From: Nostoc punctiforme PCC 73102
GTDB lineage: Bacteria; Cyanobacteriota; Cyanobacteriia; Cyanobacteriales; Nostocaceae
Length of the DNA stretch: 32,000 nt
Direction of reading: 5' to 3'
Assembly: GCF_000020025.1 (NCBI RefSeq)
Contig: NC_010628.1
Coordinates: 810,001 to 842,000, forward strand
Shown one piece after another: positions 11,568 to 20,237 of the stretch. The notes beneath the pieces were generated by a model. The model worked only from the letters and a program-made list of their open reading frames with translations. It did not search any database and was not told where the DNA came from. Position numbers and translations under genes: made by a program. Within the stretch, counting starts at the first letter, position 1. Every line of letters begins with the position of its first letter.

Positions 11568-12471
11568 ACTTGCTGTGGTAAATACTGAGGTATTAGCAAG
11601 CCTCCCGTTTTGAGGGTACCCATCTGCTCAACAGAAACTAACATCTTGGCTAAAAATTTTTTACACAAACTTTAAAAGCTGACTCTGAAGATGAGGGAAT
11701 TTTATGGTAAGCTCATGCTGTACAAACAATTTTGCTATGCGTAGTTTACCGCCGTAGGCATCGCTCCTATTGCTTCCAAGCAAAAACCTCTCCTACACCT
11801 AAACAAAGCCCAACCCTCCAGGTCTTATTCTTTAGGCGGAGAATTAAAATTATATAAATATTTGCGATAATTCTGCCTAATGCCAGATGTTTGCGATATG
11901 TTAAATAACATTTAAATAAATAGAAACAGAGGACATTTCTACTAAATTGCAAATTCCGCTTGTCAGGCAAAAATTTTCAACCTAGCCCGTGTCACAGTGG
12001 GTTGTTCAACAAGCAAACATATTTTTTAGAATTTTCCCAGTCCTCCTCAGTCTCGCTACTTAGCGCAACTTCCAGAGGGACTAATTATTTTGCTAGGTGT
12101 TCACAACAGATATCTGACAAAAGGTACTGTTGCACTCTCGTGCTTAAAGGCTAGAAGTTAAGGGGAAAAATAACACGGGAAAAGGTTAAAGGGGAAACAG
12201 AAGCATCCTTTATCTTTTAACCCTTACCCTAAACTTTTGTCTGGTTTCTGCAACAAGTTTAAGGACTACTTGGTGGAATTAGAGTTTTGTGGTGGTAATT
12301 ACCGTACAAAACCGAATTTACCAGTAATCTAGTAGAGTTTGTTATGGTATAGTTAAAAAGTTAAGACTAGCTTTACCAAAATTACACCACTCTACGACCC
12401 GGCAACAATTGCAGAATGGGAAGCAGTTTTAATCAAGTATTTACCAACAAAATCTGAATTCAATCGAGGTT

Positions 12472-12690
12472 ATGACTCAGCAAGTGATTCACCCGATGGT
12501 GAAATTGCAGCGCAACGTGCAATCACTCATAGAATCGAATATTATCAAGCCAAGTGATAGCATCTGGAAAATCGCTTTGCTCTATGGTAATGAATGGCAG
12601 CACTGGAAACAGGAACTGCTAGACTTTGGCTTTAGTATGCAAGACCCAGTTAGTGAACTACTAGCTGTAGAAACTTGGGATGAAGAATAG
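12472..12690 (+). CDS. Small acidic hypothetical protein (72 aa)
   Basis: ATG preceded by GAGG (aatcgaggttATG). No recognisable motif, and it is the only ORF in a long non-coding stretch. Confidence 0.4.
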   Translation: MTQQVIHPMVKLQRNVQSLIESNIIKPSDSIWKIALLYGNEWQHWKQELLDFGFSMQDPVSELLAVETWDEE

Positions 12691-12798
12691 GCAATAGGCA
12701 ATAAGCAATAGGGGGTAGGAATTTTTAATATTCACCACTCCCCATTACCCCTTATTCCGAGAGGGGACCCCACCTTCCCTATTCCCCATTTCTAGTCC
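12691..12798. repeat. STRR-like heptamer repeat tract
   Basis: The units read gcaatag/gcaataa/gcaatag, then ccccatt/acccctt/attccga and ttcccta/ttcccca. The tract fills the whole gap between two convergent stop codons (12690 and 12799). Confidence 0.7.
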
Positions 12799-14073
12799 CT
12801 AAACTTTACAAGCAGCTAAGGCCGCAGCTAATTCCTTTGCAGTTTGGTAGCGATCGCGTGGCAATGGTTCTGTAACGCGATCGATCGCATCTCTTAATTG
12901 GGAACTGATGGTGGGAACTTTTGCCACATCAAACCTGAAGTTACGCCCCCTTTGGCGGTAATACTTGAACGGGTTTTCGCCTGTGAGCAGAAAAATCAGC
13001 GTTGGTCCAATTGCATACAAGTCAGATTGAGTCAAAGGTTGTCCTCGTTCTTGTTCAGGAGCGCAATAACCTTCTGCACCAATCCGGGTACCGGGCGCTG
13101 TGCCAATTTCCTTAACTGCGCCAAAATCAAGTATTACTATGCGATTTAGCGAACTTCGCACCATTAAGTTGGCGGGTTTAATATCGCGGTGAATTAGTGG
13201 AGGTTCTTGGCTATGAAGATATTCTAAGATATCGCAGGTTTGGATCATCCAAGCGATCGCTTGGCTTGGCGTAACTGGCCCAGTTGTATAGACACGTTTC
13301 TCTAAATCTTGTCCGTGGATTAATTCCATTGCCAAGTATTTTTTTCCGCCTTCGACAAAGAAGTCGTAATACTTGGGTATTCCCGGATGGTTAAGGGATT
13401 TGAGAGTATGCGCCTCCCGCTCAAATAATTCTTGAGCTTTGGCAATTTTTGCCATATCAGCATTCATTTGCTTCAACACCAGCAGTTGCGGGATACTCCC
13501 AATCTGACCAGCCCCATCCCAAGCGAGATAAGTAGTACCCATACCTCCTTGTCCGAGAGTTCGCAACACCTGATAATGGCGAATTTTCTGTTGCACTGAG
13601 AGAGGTTGACCGCAGTGGATGCAAAACAGATTGTTCGGGGAGTTACCTTCATGCGTACAAGTGTATTGGCCTTGGGCTGAATAGACTGTTGCAACGACGT
13701 TTTCTTCTGTTGCTTGTATTTGTTGTGGCGATCGCAAACCAGTTTCCAGTACTGTTACCTCCTGAATTTGGAATTGCAGTATTGGGCCTCCTTGTGCTAG
13801 TTGCAAAAGGGAATTATCTGGTAACGGACTCTGAATCACAAGGACACCGTTCAGGAAAGTACCATTTGTACCCTGACTAATTAGCCGCCAACCACTGCCA
13901 TTGTCAGCAGAATCGACGTGTCTCAGTTCTAAATGATGCCGCGAAACTAAACTATCAGTTAAAACAACGTGATTATCTGTAGCTCGACCAATCCGAATTA
14001 TGGAAGAGTTCTCAAAGCACCACTGCTGGAGGGGCGTTTTCTGTTGCGGTTCTAAGAGAGTCAGACTAACCAC
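12799..14073 (-). CDS. FHA-domain Ser/Thr protein kinase with a zinc-ribbon-like linker
   Basis: 424 aa ORF with a GTG start (cac at 14071-14073). The FHA core is IIRIGRATDNHVVLTDSLVSRHHLEL...GTNGTFLNG and the linker is CTHEGNSPNNLFCIHCGQPL. Kinase motifs are LGQGGMGTTYLA, VLK, HRDIKPANL, DFGAVK and YCAPEQ. Confidence 0.9.
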   Translation of the reverse strand: MVSLTLLEPQQKTPLQQWCFENSSIIRIGRATDNHVVLTDSLVSRHHLELRHVDSADNGSGWRLISQGTNGTFLNGVLVIQSPLPDNSLLQLAQGGPILQFQIQEVTVLETGLRSPQQIQATEENVVATVYSAQGQYTCTHEGNSPNNLFCIHCGQPLSVQQKIRHYQVLRTLGQGGMGTTYLAWDGAGQIGSIPQLLVLKQMNADMAKIAKAQELFEREAHTLKSLNHPGIPKYYDFFVEGGKKYLAMELIHGQDLEKRVYTTGPVTPSQAIAWMIQTCDILEYLHSQEPPLIHRDIKPANLMVRSSLNRIVILDFGAVKEIGTAPGTRIGAEGYCAPEQERGQPLTQSDLYAIGPTLIFLLTGENPFKYYRQRGRNFRFDVAKVPTISSQLRDAIDRVTEPLPRDRYQTAKELAAALAACKV

Positions 14074-14127
14074 AATACAACCTACAAGGTAAATGGATTA
14101 GGGAATGGGGCCAATCCCCATTAATTT

Positions 14128-16122
14128 TTAACTTTCCAAATTTGGGCGTACTTTTGCCCGAATAAGTATACCAGTAATGTTGTCGTGACCATTGTATTGG
14201 TTTCCTAAATCAATTAATTTTGTAACACCTTGTTCTAAGTTAGCGCCCGAACTAAGTAAGGGTTCTAAATGAGTCTGCCAATGGGTTTCTAGTAAATCAT
14301 TATCTGATAGACCGTCCGATGCCAAAAGCAGAAGAGTATCTTCATTAATCTCAAAAAAGCCTACATCAGGATTAATCGAGTTTTCATCACGAGGTCCTAA
14401 AGCTTGGGTGAGTTGGTAGGCATCCGGGCGGGCGTAAGCTATGCTTGCTTCTACTCCTCGGGTAATTTCCCGTTGGCCAACTTCATGATCTACTGTGACT
14501 TGTTCTAATCCCCCCTTACGCGTCAAGCGATAGAGACGGCTATCTCCCACATGAGCAACTGCTGCTTGAGTATCTTGAATTAAGAGCATTACTAGAGTTG
14601 TACCCATACGCCCTACTCCAGAACGGGCATCTTGTTGATTGAGCTTGTAAATCGCCTCATTAGCTAAATACACTGCCTCACGAATGCTATCTTCTGTTGG
14701 CAATTGATTGGCAATCCAGTGTTCTTGAAAGTATTGCCGTAGGGTGTTAACTGCTAACTCACTGGCTATCTCGCCGCCAGCATGTCCACCCATACCATCG
14801 CAGAGAATATACAAACCGTGCCCTTCTAGAATTCGACTTTTAGGCAACTCCAACTTTTGAATTTTGGTTTCAATACCAAAGTAGTCTTCATTATGATGAC
14901 GTTGACGACCTACATCTGTGCGTCCTGCATCTTCCAAGCTACTTAACTGCATCGCCAGCACAACAGTTGGCATATCATCAATTTTGCTAATGATATCTTC
15001 TGGTTCGTCTGATTGCGGCATAGTCGGCACAGTAGTATTGTTCTCCTTTATTGGGGGCAAAGTTGCGGTTCCTAGTGCTTCCAGTTCAATAGAGATTTCC
15101 TCCAAACGCGATCGCAATTGTGCGATTGTGTGAATCTTACCTACATCTAAATCTCCCAACATCTGTACTACAGAGCCAAATTGAGTGCGTTGAGACTGCC
15201 TAAATAGTGCTTGCCAAACTCGCCCCAAAGCTTGAATGGTTAACGGCTCCTCTGGAATAGCAGATGTTTGGGCTTCGGCATCTTCTGACGACTTGCTGAC
15301 GGGCAGAGAACTTGATGATTCCACATACAATCTTTGTAGCGCCAGCGTTTGGTCTTCATCCAATCGCAAATTTGATAAATCTAAAAGGCTTTGACGACAA
15401 TTTACTGGTTCCAACAATGCCCAAAGTTGGGTCATTTGATAACACCAGTGCAAAATTTTTAACGAACTTGTTGTCTCTTCTTGCCATAAGTCAAGTAAAG
15501 GCTGCCAATTTGAGCGGTCTTCAATTATTACTACCTGCATATCCCCCTGCTGCCATGCATCGTGAATCAGTGGTATCTCGCGCTGACTTTGAGAGTGTAA
15601 GGCAATATAAGGTTTCGCAAGGTGAGGAATTCCACTTGCATCTAATGATGGCGTTAGTAAATCTGATTGTTGACTTGCTAGTATTGCATCAATTGGTGAT
15701 ATTTGATACGGTTGGCAGTCTAGAACTCTCGCACCTGTAACAGCAATAGTAGCAGTTTCACTTTGGGTAGGTAGCGCATCTAACAATTGATAGCGCTCTT
15801 GGGAGTCTAAATAAGAGCCTAATGCAATCTGAGAACTAAGGGATAAAGGAGATGACGAGGATATTGCTTCTTCATTTTCCTCTAATCCCACATCTCCCTC
15901 ATCTATCTTTACTCCCAAAGCTTCCCCAATCGTTTCTTTAGCAATAATTGCCCAAAACACTGTTCCACATTCCGTGCCACAGTTGTGACAAAGTAGTGCA
16001 TTTACAGGTACATCTTCGGCGCTGCATTCAGGACAAACTTTGTGGGTCAGGGATGTGCCACAGCTTTGACAGAATTTGTTGCTTTTGGGGTTTTCAAATT
16101 TACACTGAGGGCAAATCAGCAT
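14128..16122 (-). CDS. Multidomain PP2C (PPM-family) Ser/Thr phosphatase: double zinc ribbon, degenerate kinase-like region, coiled coil, PP2C
   Basis: 664 aa ORF. The N-terminus has CPQCKFENPKSNKFCQSCG and CPECSAEDVPVNALLCHNCG. The C-terminus carries PP2C motifs (RQRHHNEDYF, LYILCDGMGGHAGGEIAS, VAHVGDSRLY, LLLASDGLSDN, GHDNITGILI). It lies 54 bp upstream of, and co-directional with, the FHA kinase gene. Confidence 0.9.
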   Translation of the reverse strand: MLICPQCKFENPKSNKFCQSCGTSLTHKVCPECSAEDVPVNALLCHNCGTECGTVFWAIIAKETIGEALGVKIDEGDVGLEENEEAISSSSPLSLSSQIALGSYLDSQERYQLLDALPTQSETATIAVTGARVLDCQPYQISPIDAILASQQSDLLTPSLDASGIPHLAKPYIALHSQSQREIPLIHDAWQQGDMQVVIIEDRSNWQPLLDLWQEETTSSLKILHWCYQMTQLWALLEPVNCRQSLLDLSNLRLDEDQTLALQRLYVESSSSLPVSKSSEDAEAQTSAIPEEPLTIQALGRVWQALFRQSQRTQFGSVVQMLGDLDVGKIHTIAQLRSRLEEISIELEALGTATLPPIKENNTTVPTMPQSDEPEDIISKIDDMPTVVLAMQLSSLEDAGRTDVGRQRHHNEDYFGIETKIQKLELPKSRILEGHGLYILCDGMGGHAGGEIASELAVNTLRQYFQEHWIANQLPTEDSIREAVYLANEAIYKLNQQDARSGVGRMGTTLVMLLIQDTQAAVAHVGDSRLYRLTRKGGLEQVTVDHEVGQREITRGVEASIAYARPDAYQLTQALGPRDENSINPDVGFFEINEDTLLLLASDGLSDNDLLETHWQTHLEPLLSSGANLEQGVTKLIDLGNQYNGHDNITGILIRAKVRPNLES

Positions 16123-16311
16123 AGTGGAAGTTCCTTTATTCGCGCTCCAAGGTGCTTCTAGCCACTAAGATCAAAGGTGCCACAATTGGCTGTCCCTGAC
16201 TAAAGTAGACCTACAAGAGATTGTAGTTTATCAATGAATTTTGGTGGCAGTATTAATTGTGACGCATATTAGATAAATATTTAATATTTTGGGAATCAAT
16301 TGCTTATAAAT

Positions 16312-16410
16312 GGGGATAGGGGGCAGGGGGCAGGGGAGCAGGGAGCAGAGGGAGACAAGGGAGACAAGGGGGACAAGGAAAATGAAAATAGCCATTCCCA
16401 ATTCCCAATG
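16312..16410. repeat. G-rich STRR-like tandem repeat tract (C-rich on the minus strand)
   Basis: The tract reads ggggata gggggca gggggca ggggagca gggagca gagggagacaa gggagacaa gggggacaa ... attccca attccca. It starts immediately after the stop (16411) of the binding-protein gene. Confidence 0.75.
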
Positions 16411-17223
16411 TCAAGAGTTTGGCCATTCCGGGGGTTCTGCGTTAAACCATTTTTGATAAATTTGCTTGTAAGTTCCATTGGATAACAAAGTCTCTATACC
16501 TTTGTTTATTGCATCTAAATGGGGGGAGTCTTTAGGTGTAGCAATCCCGTAGTATTCTTCAGTAAAGAGATCGGCAACAACTCTGATGCCTTTGAGTTTG
16601 CCATTTTTAATCGCATACAAAGTTGCAAAAGCATCGCTAACCACAGCATCAACGTTGCCATTGAGCAAGTCTTGGAAAAATTCTGGACCAGAATTAAAAG
16701 TACTAATTTTGGCGTTAGGGATGGTTTTGGCAAAATCTGCCCCAGTAGAACCAATTTGCACAGCGATTTTTTTCCCTTTGAGACTATTGAAGTCTTGAAT
16801 ATTTTGATTGTCTTCGCGGACAGCGATCGCTAGTCCGGCTTTAAAATAAGGTCGTGAAAAAGCAATTGTTTTCAAGCGTTCGGCGGTAATGCTGATTCCG
16901 CTAATTGCCGCATCAACTCTTTTAGCTTGCAAAGTCGAGATCGTGCCATCAAAAGGTAGACTTTCAAATTGGACTGCAAAACCTGCTACTTTAGCGATGC
17001 CTACGGCGGGCTTTGCCAACGCATTCATCAAATCGATATCAAAACCTTCCAAGTCCCCCCTAGCTTTTTGGATTTCAAAAGGGACAAAGGTGGGATCTGT
17101 CGCCACCCTAAGAGGTATAGCATCTGAGTTATTAGTAGGATAGAAATTTTTACAGGCAATAATCAATAGCAGACAGCCTAAGCTTAAAATTAGCTGCTGC
17201 CACTTGAGGTTAAATAATTTCAC
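16411..17223 (-). CDS. Amino acid ABC transporter substrate-binding lipoprotein (family 3 SBP)
   Basis: 270 aa ORF with a GTG start (cac at 17221-17223). The signal peptide has a lipobox (LLLIIAC). SBP_bac_3-like blocks are LRVATDPTFVPFE, GFDIDLMNALA, DAAISGISITAERLK and FSRPYF. Confidence 0.85.
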   Translation of the reverse strand: MKLFNLKWQQLILSLGCLLLIIACKNFYPTNNSDAIPLRVATDPTFVPFEIQKARGDLEGFDIDLMNALAKPAVGIAKVAGFAVQFESLPFDGTISTLQAKRVDAAISGISITAERLKTIAFSRPYFKAGLAIAVREDNQNIQDFNSLKGKKIAVQIGSTGADFAKTIPNAKISTFNSGPEFFQDLLNGNVDAVVSDAFATLYAIKNGKLKGIRVVADLFTEEYYGIATPKDSPHLDAINKGIETLLSNGTYKQIYQKWFNAEPPEWPNS

Positions 17224-17450
17224 TGTAGTAATTCCGTTCTATCAGTCAAGATTCACGATAGTTGTCATGATGTTATAAGAAAGAATACATCCGTCAGCAG
17301 CCACAATCCACCATGAATGCTGGGCGAATAACGAAACTTTCAGATCCCCACTCTCGTTAAAAGTTGAGATCGGAGGAAGCTTCCAATCTCGCTTTTCGCT
17401 AATAATCTTCTTGTGTGTTCTGTACTCTGACTTCCAATTTTTAACTACTT

Positions 17451-18650
17451 ATGGTTTCTACAACCCCTGCTTACCGAATTACTGATTTGTTCGCCGAACG
17501 CGCAAAGAACCTTGCACCACCAACTTACGGTACAGAGTTAAGCAAAATCGTCACCGTCAGCTTTGCCTACGGTCTAGCCGATCCAATTCTCTTTCCTCAC
17601 ACTGACTTGGCTGCTGCAAGTGCCGTTGTGCTGGCAGAAGAGGCTCCGATCGCTCTCAATTACGGCCCGCCTTCCGCTCAACTGTATGAGCAAATTATCC
17701 TCCGCTTGCAGGCGAAGGGAATTGCTGCCGATCGCGATCGCTTGATCATTGGCTACGGTTCTGGTCAGATTCTCGGCTTGCTACCAGATGTCTTTGTAGA
17801 ACCTGGTGATGTAGTAATTGTGGAAGGGCCAACCTTCTTGGGAGTAGTTACCAGATTTGTCCACGCTGGCGCACGTATAATTACCATTCCGGTGGATGAG
17901 TTGGGGATGGATGTAGATGCGCTAGAAGTAACATTGAACGATTTAAAGAAACAGGGCATCCGACCCCGATTTATTTATACTATTCCCACCTTTCATAATC
18001 CCACAGGTGCTACTATGCCGTTATTTCGCCGCCAAAAACTGGTAGCATTAGCGGCTGAGTATGGCGTTCTAATCGTGGAAGACGATGCTTATAGCGATTT
18101 GCGATTCCGAGGAGAAACTATGCCCTCTCTGGCAACTCTCGACCAAGAAGGGTGGGTATTATATGTAAGTACCTTCTCGAAAATTATTGCGCCTGGTATC
18201 CGGCTAGGCTGGGCTTGCGGCGACGCAACGATTATTGAGCGGCTGGCGATGTTCAAAAGTGAGGGGACTGTGGGGCCATTTGTCAGCCATGTGGTCGCTC
18301 GCTATTGTGCTACAGGGAAACTAGACAATCACATTCAAGAGCTTATTGCCTGCTATAAACATAAGTGCAATTTGTTATTAGAAGCGATCGCTCAAGAGTT
18401 TCCCAGTGATGTCGTTGCTCTGCGTCCCGATGGCGGCTTTTTCGTTTGGTGTAAATTGCCACCAGATATCAGCGCTAAAGCACTCCTCATGGCTGCCAGT
18501 GAACACGGCATCAGTTTTCTGCCAGGGACTCGCTGCTACGCCAATGGACAAGGGGATGATGCCATTAGGTTAGCTTTTAGCTTTCAGCCAACACAGAAGA
18601 TTGTTGAGGGAATCGCTACATTAGGATCGGTATTGCGCGGATTGAGGTAA
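17451..18650 (+). CDS. Class I/II PLP-dependent aminotransferase (2-aminoadipate/MocR-like catalytic domain)
   Basis: 399 aa ORF with IYTIPTFHNPTGATM, VEDDAYSDLRF and the PLP-lysine block STFSKIIAPGIRLGW. Confidence 0.85.
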   Translation: MVSTTPAYRITDLFAERAKNLAPPTYGTELSKIVTVSFAYGLADPILFPHTDLAAASAVVLAEEAPIALNYGPPSAQLYEQIILRLQAKGIAADRDRLIIGYGSGQILGLLPDVFVEPGDVVIVEGPTFLGVVTRFVHAGARIITIPVDELGMDVDALEVTLNDLKKQGIRPRFIYTIPTFHNPTGATMPLFRRQKLVALAAEYGVLIVEDDAYSDLRFRGETMPSLATLDQEGWVLYVSTFSKIIAPGIRLGWACGDATIIERLAMFKSEGTVGPFVSHVVARYCATGKLDNHIQELIACYKHKCNLLLEAIAQEFPSDVVALRPDGGFFVWCKLPPDISAKALLMAASEHGISFLPGTRCYANGQGDDAIRLAFSFQPTQKIVEGIATLGSVLRGLR

Positions 18651-18695
18651 TTCGTAATGACGCTCTCTATGAGATGCTCTTGCTAGCTTGCTTCT

Positions 18696-18741
18696 CCCAA
18701 AAATCGAGATTTGGGACTTGTTAATTATCAACCCAAATCTC
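18696..18741 (-). terminator. Rho-independent terminator candidate for larC
   Basis: A perfect 10-bp inverted repeat (gagatttggg at 18706-18715, cccaaatctc at 18732-18741) with a 16-nt loop. On the minus strand it is followed by GATTTTTGGG. It lies about 95 nt after the larC stop. Confidence 0.6.
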
Positions 18742-18839
18742 AACCACAAGACACTTTGGACTGCTCTCCACACCCCACTTGACATTTTAGCGATCGCTTT
18801 AAGTTGTCACAAATCTACGCAGTATAGGAAGGAGAAGAT

Positions 18840-20126
18840 TTAGTTATTGACCAAATACCAATTTTGTAATGCCAACCGTTGAATTTCGCGCCAGGGAATA
18901 TTATGTTTTCTGGCTAATTCCGCACAATCTTCATATTCTGGCTGCACATTAGCAATAACTTTCTCTGATGATTGTCCCTTCCATGCTACTTTGACCCGCA
19001 CTTTGCCATATTCAATTTCCACTTGTTGAATTTCCCGTTGTAAAATGGCGCGTTGCTGAGTTGTTCGCCGAATACCCAAAGTTGTAGTTTCACGGAATAT
19101 AACCGCTTCACAACTGAGTAAATTTTCTGGATGACAAATTACAGTCAGTAAAATCCCTGGACGGGACTTTTTCATGGCGATCGCTTGGGTAAAAACATCC
19201 ACTGCACCAGCCGCAAACAAAGCCTCAAAAACATAGCCGATCGCTTGTGGATTTAAATCATCAATTTGGGTTTCTAGTACCGAGATAGTTTCTAAATTTG
19301 AGCTAGTATCTTCACAATTGCTGAAATTTGACTGTAAACTTGCGCTTTCGCCCAGCCAGAGGCGTAAAATATTGGGAATTGGTAAATTTATGGTTCCTGC
19401 TCCCAGTCCTACCTGCTTGATAGCGATCGCGGGTGGTGAACCAAAGTCTCTTGCCAAAGTAGTAGCGATCGCAGCTCCTGTTGGTGTCACCAGTTCTCTA
19501 TCAATGCCATTGCTATAAACTGGACAACCCCGCATTTCCCAAAGTTTTAATACTGCTGGTACTGGTACTGCCATTTGACCATGTGCAGCCCGAACAGTAC
19601 CGCCACCAGTGGGAAACGCCGAGCAGTAAAGTAGGGGCCATCCTTCGTCATTACTCTCAATCCCCAACCAATCTAACCCCAGGCAAGTACCTACAATATC
19701 TACGATCGCATCTATAGCACCCACTTCATGAAAATGAACTTTTTCAGGGGAAATCCCATGCACCGCTCCTTCTGCGACTGCTAGCTGTCGGAATACTGCC
19801 AAACTCCAAGCTTCTGCCTGTGATGGCAACCCCGCTTTGAGAATCATCTGCTCTATTTCTGGCAAGTGGCGTGTGCGATCGTGACTGTGTTCGTGGCCGT
19901 GGTGATCATGGTGATGGCGATCGTGTACTAAATCGACATGAACTTTAGTCGCCTGTTGTCCATTCCGTTGGACAAGTTCTGCTCTTAACTGATATTCCTG
20001 TTCAATTCCCAATCCATTGAGCTTTTCAATTAAATACTCCACAGGAACACCCAAACTTACCAAAGCACCCAGGCACATATCACCAGAAATTCCTGCCGGA
20101 CATTGAAGATAAGCAATTTTATTCAT
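18840..20126 (-). CDS. larC: Nickel-pincer cofactor biosynthesis / nickel insertion protein LarC (DUF111 family)
   Basis: 428 aa ORF. The N-terminus is IAYLQCPAGISGDMCLGALVSLGVP, with a His-rich tract (HDRHHHDHHGHEHSHDRTRH) and HFHEVGAIDAIVDIVG. Confidence 0.85.
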   Translation of the reverse strand: MNKIAYLQCPAGISGDMCLGALVSLGVPVEYLIEKLNGLGIEQEYQLRAELVQRNGQQATKVHVDLVHDRHHHDHHGHEHSHDRTRHLPEIEQMILKAGLPSQAEAWSLAVFRQLAVAEGAVHGISPEKVHFHEVGAIDAIVDIVGTCLGLDWLGIESNDEGWPLLYCSAFPTGGGTVRAAHGQMAVPVPAVLKLWEMRGCPVYSNGIDRELVTPTGAAIATTLARDFGSPPAIAIKQVGLGAGTINLPIPNILRLWLGESASLQSNFSNCEDTSSNLETISVLETQIDDLNPQAIGYVFEALFAAGAVDVFTQAIAMKKSRPGILLTVICHPENLLSCEAVIFRETTTLGIRRTTQQRAILQREIQQVEIEYGKVRVKVAWKGQSSEKVIANVQPEYEDCAELARKHNIPWREIQRLALQNWYLVNN

Positions 20127-20133
20127 AATAAAT

Positions 20134-20237
20134 TAGTCATTAGTCATTAGTCATTAGTCATTGGTTATTTGTCATTGGTCATTCTTCCCTATTCCCAGTC
20201 CCTATTCCCAGTCCCCAGTCCCCAATCCCCAATCCCT
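20134..20237. repeat. STRR heptamer array (15 near-contiguous units)
   Basis: The units read tagtcat x4, tggttat, ttgtcat, tggtcat, tcttccc, tattccc, agtccc, tattccc, agtcccc x2, aatcccc, aatccct. The array occupies essentially the whole 113-bp gap between the divergent larC ATG (20126) and the tsaC-like ATG (20240). Confidence 0.9.

Noticed and set aside
11767-12154. Two 64-67 aa ORFs in the long non-coding region
   Set aside because: They overlap each other on opposite strands, have no ribosome-binding sites and give odd compositions. I treat the region as non-coding.
15312-15740. 142-aa plus-strand ORF inside the PP2C gene
   Set aside because: It is fully antisense to a gene with unambiguous domain motifs, and it has no motifs of its own. 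This is a typical shadow ORF. The same applies to 14918..15133, 12898..13149, 13473..13694 and 13689..13880.
16296-16485. 60- and 61-aa ORFs across the G-rich repeat
   Set aside because: The low-complexity translations (GDKGDKGDK / SPLSPLSP) come from the tandem repeat itself, and they overlap the end of the binding-protein gene.
17340-17400. Possible glutamine riboswitch or attenuator in the leader of the aminotransferase gene (hairpin around the palindrome ggaagcttcc)
   Set aside because: The sequence does not fit the glnA-RNA consensus as I remember it. The hairpin is short and no T-run follows beyond gctttt. This is insufficient evidence.
20134-20237. CRISPR-like appearance of regularly spaced short repeats
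   Set aside because: The units are 7 nt and contiguous, with no spacers, and no cas genes are present. This is an STRR microsatellite-type array, not a CRISPR array.
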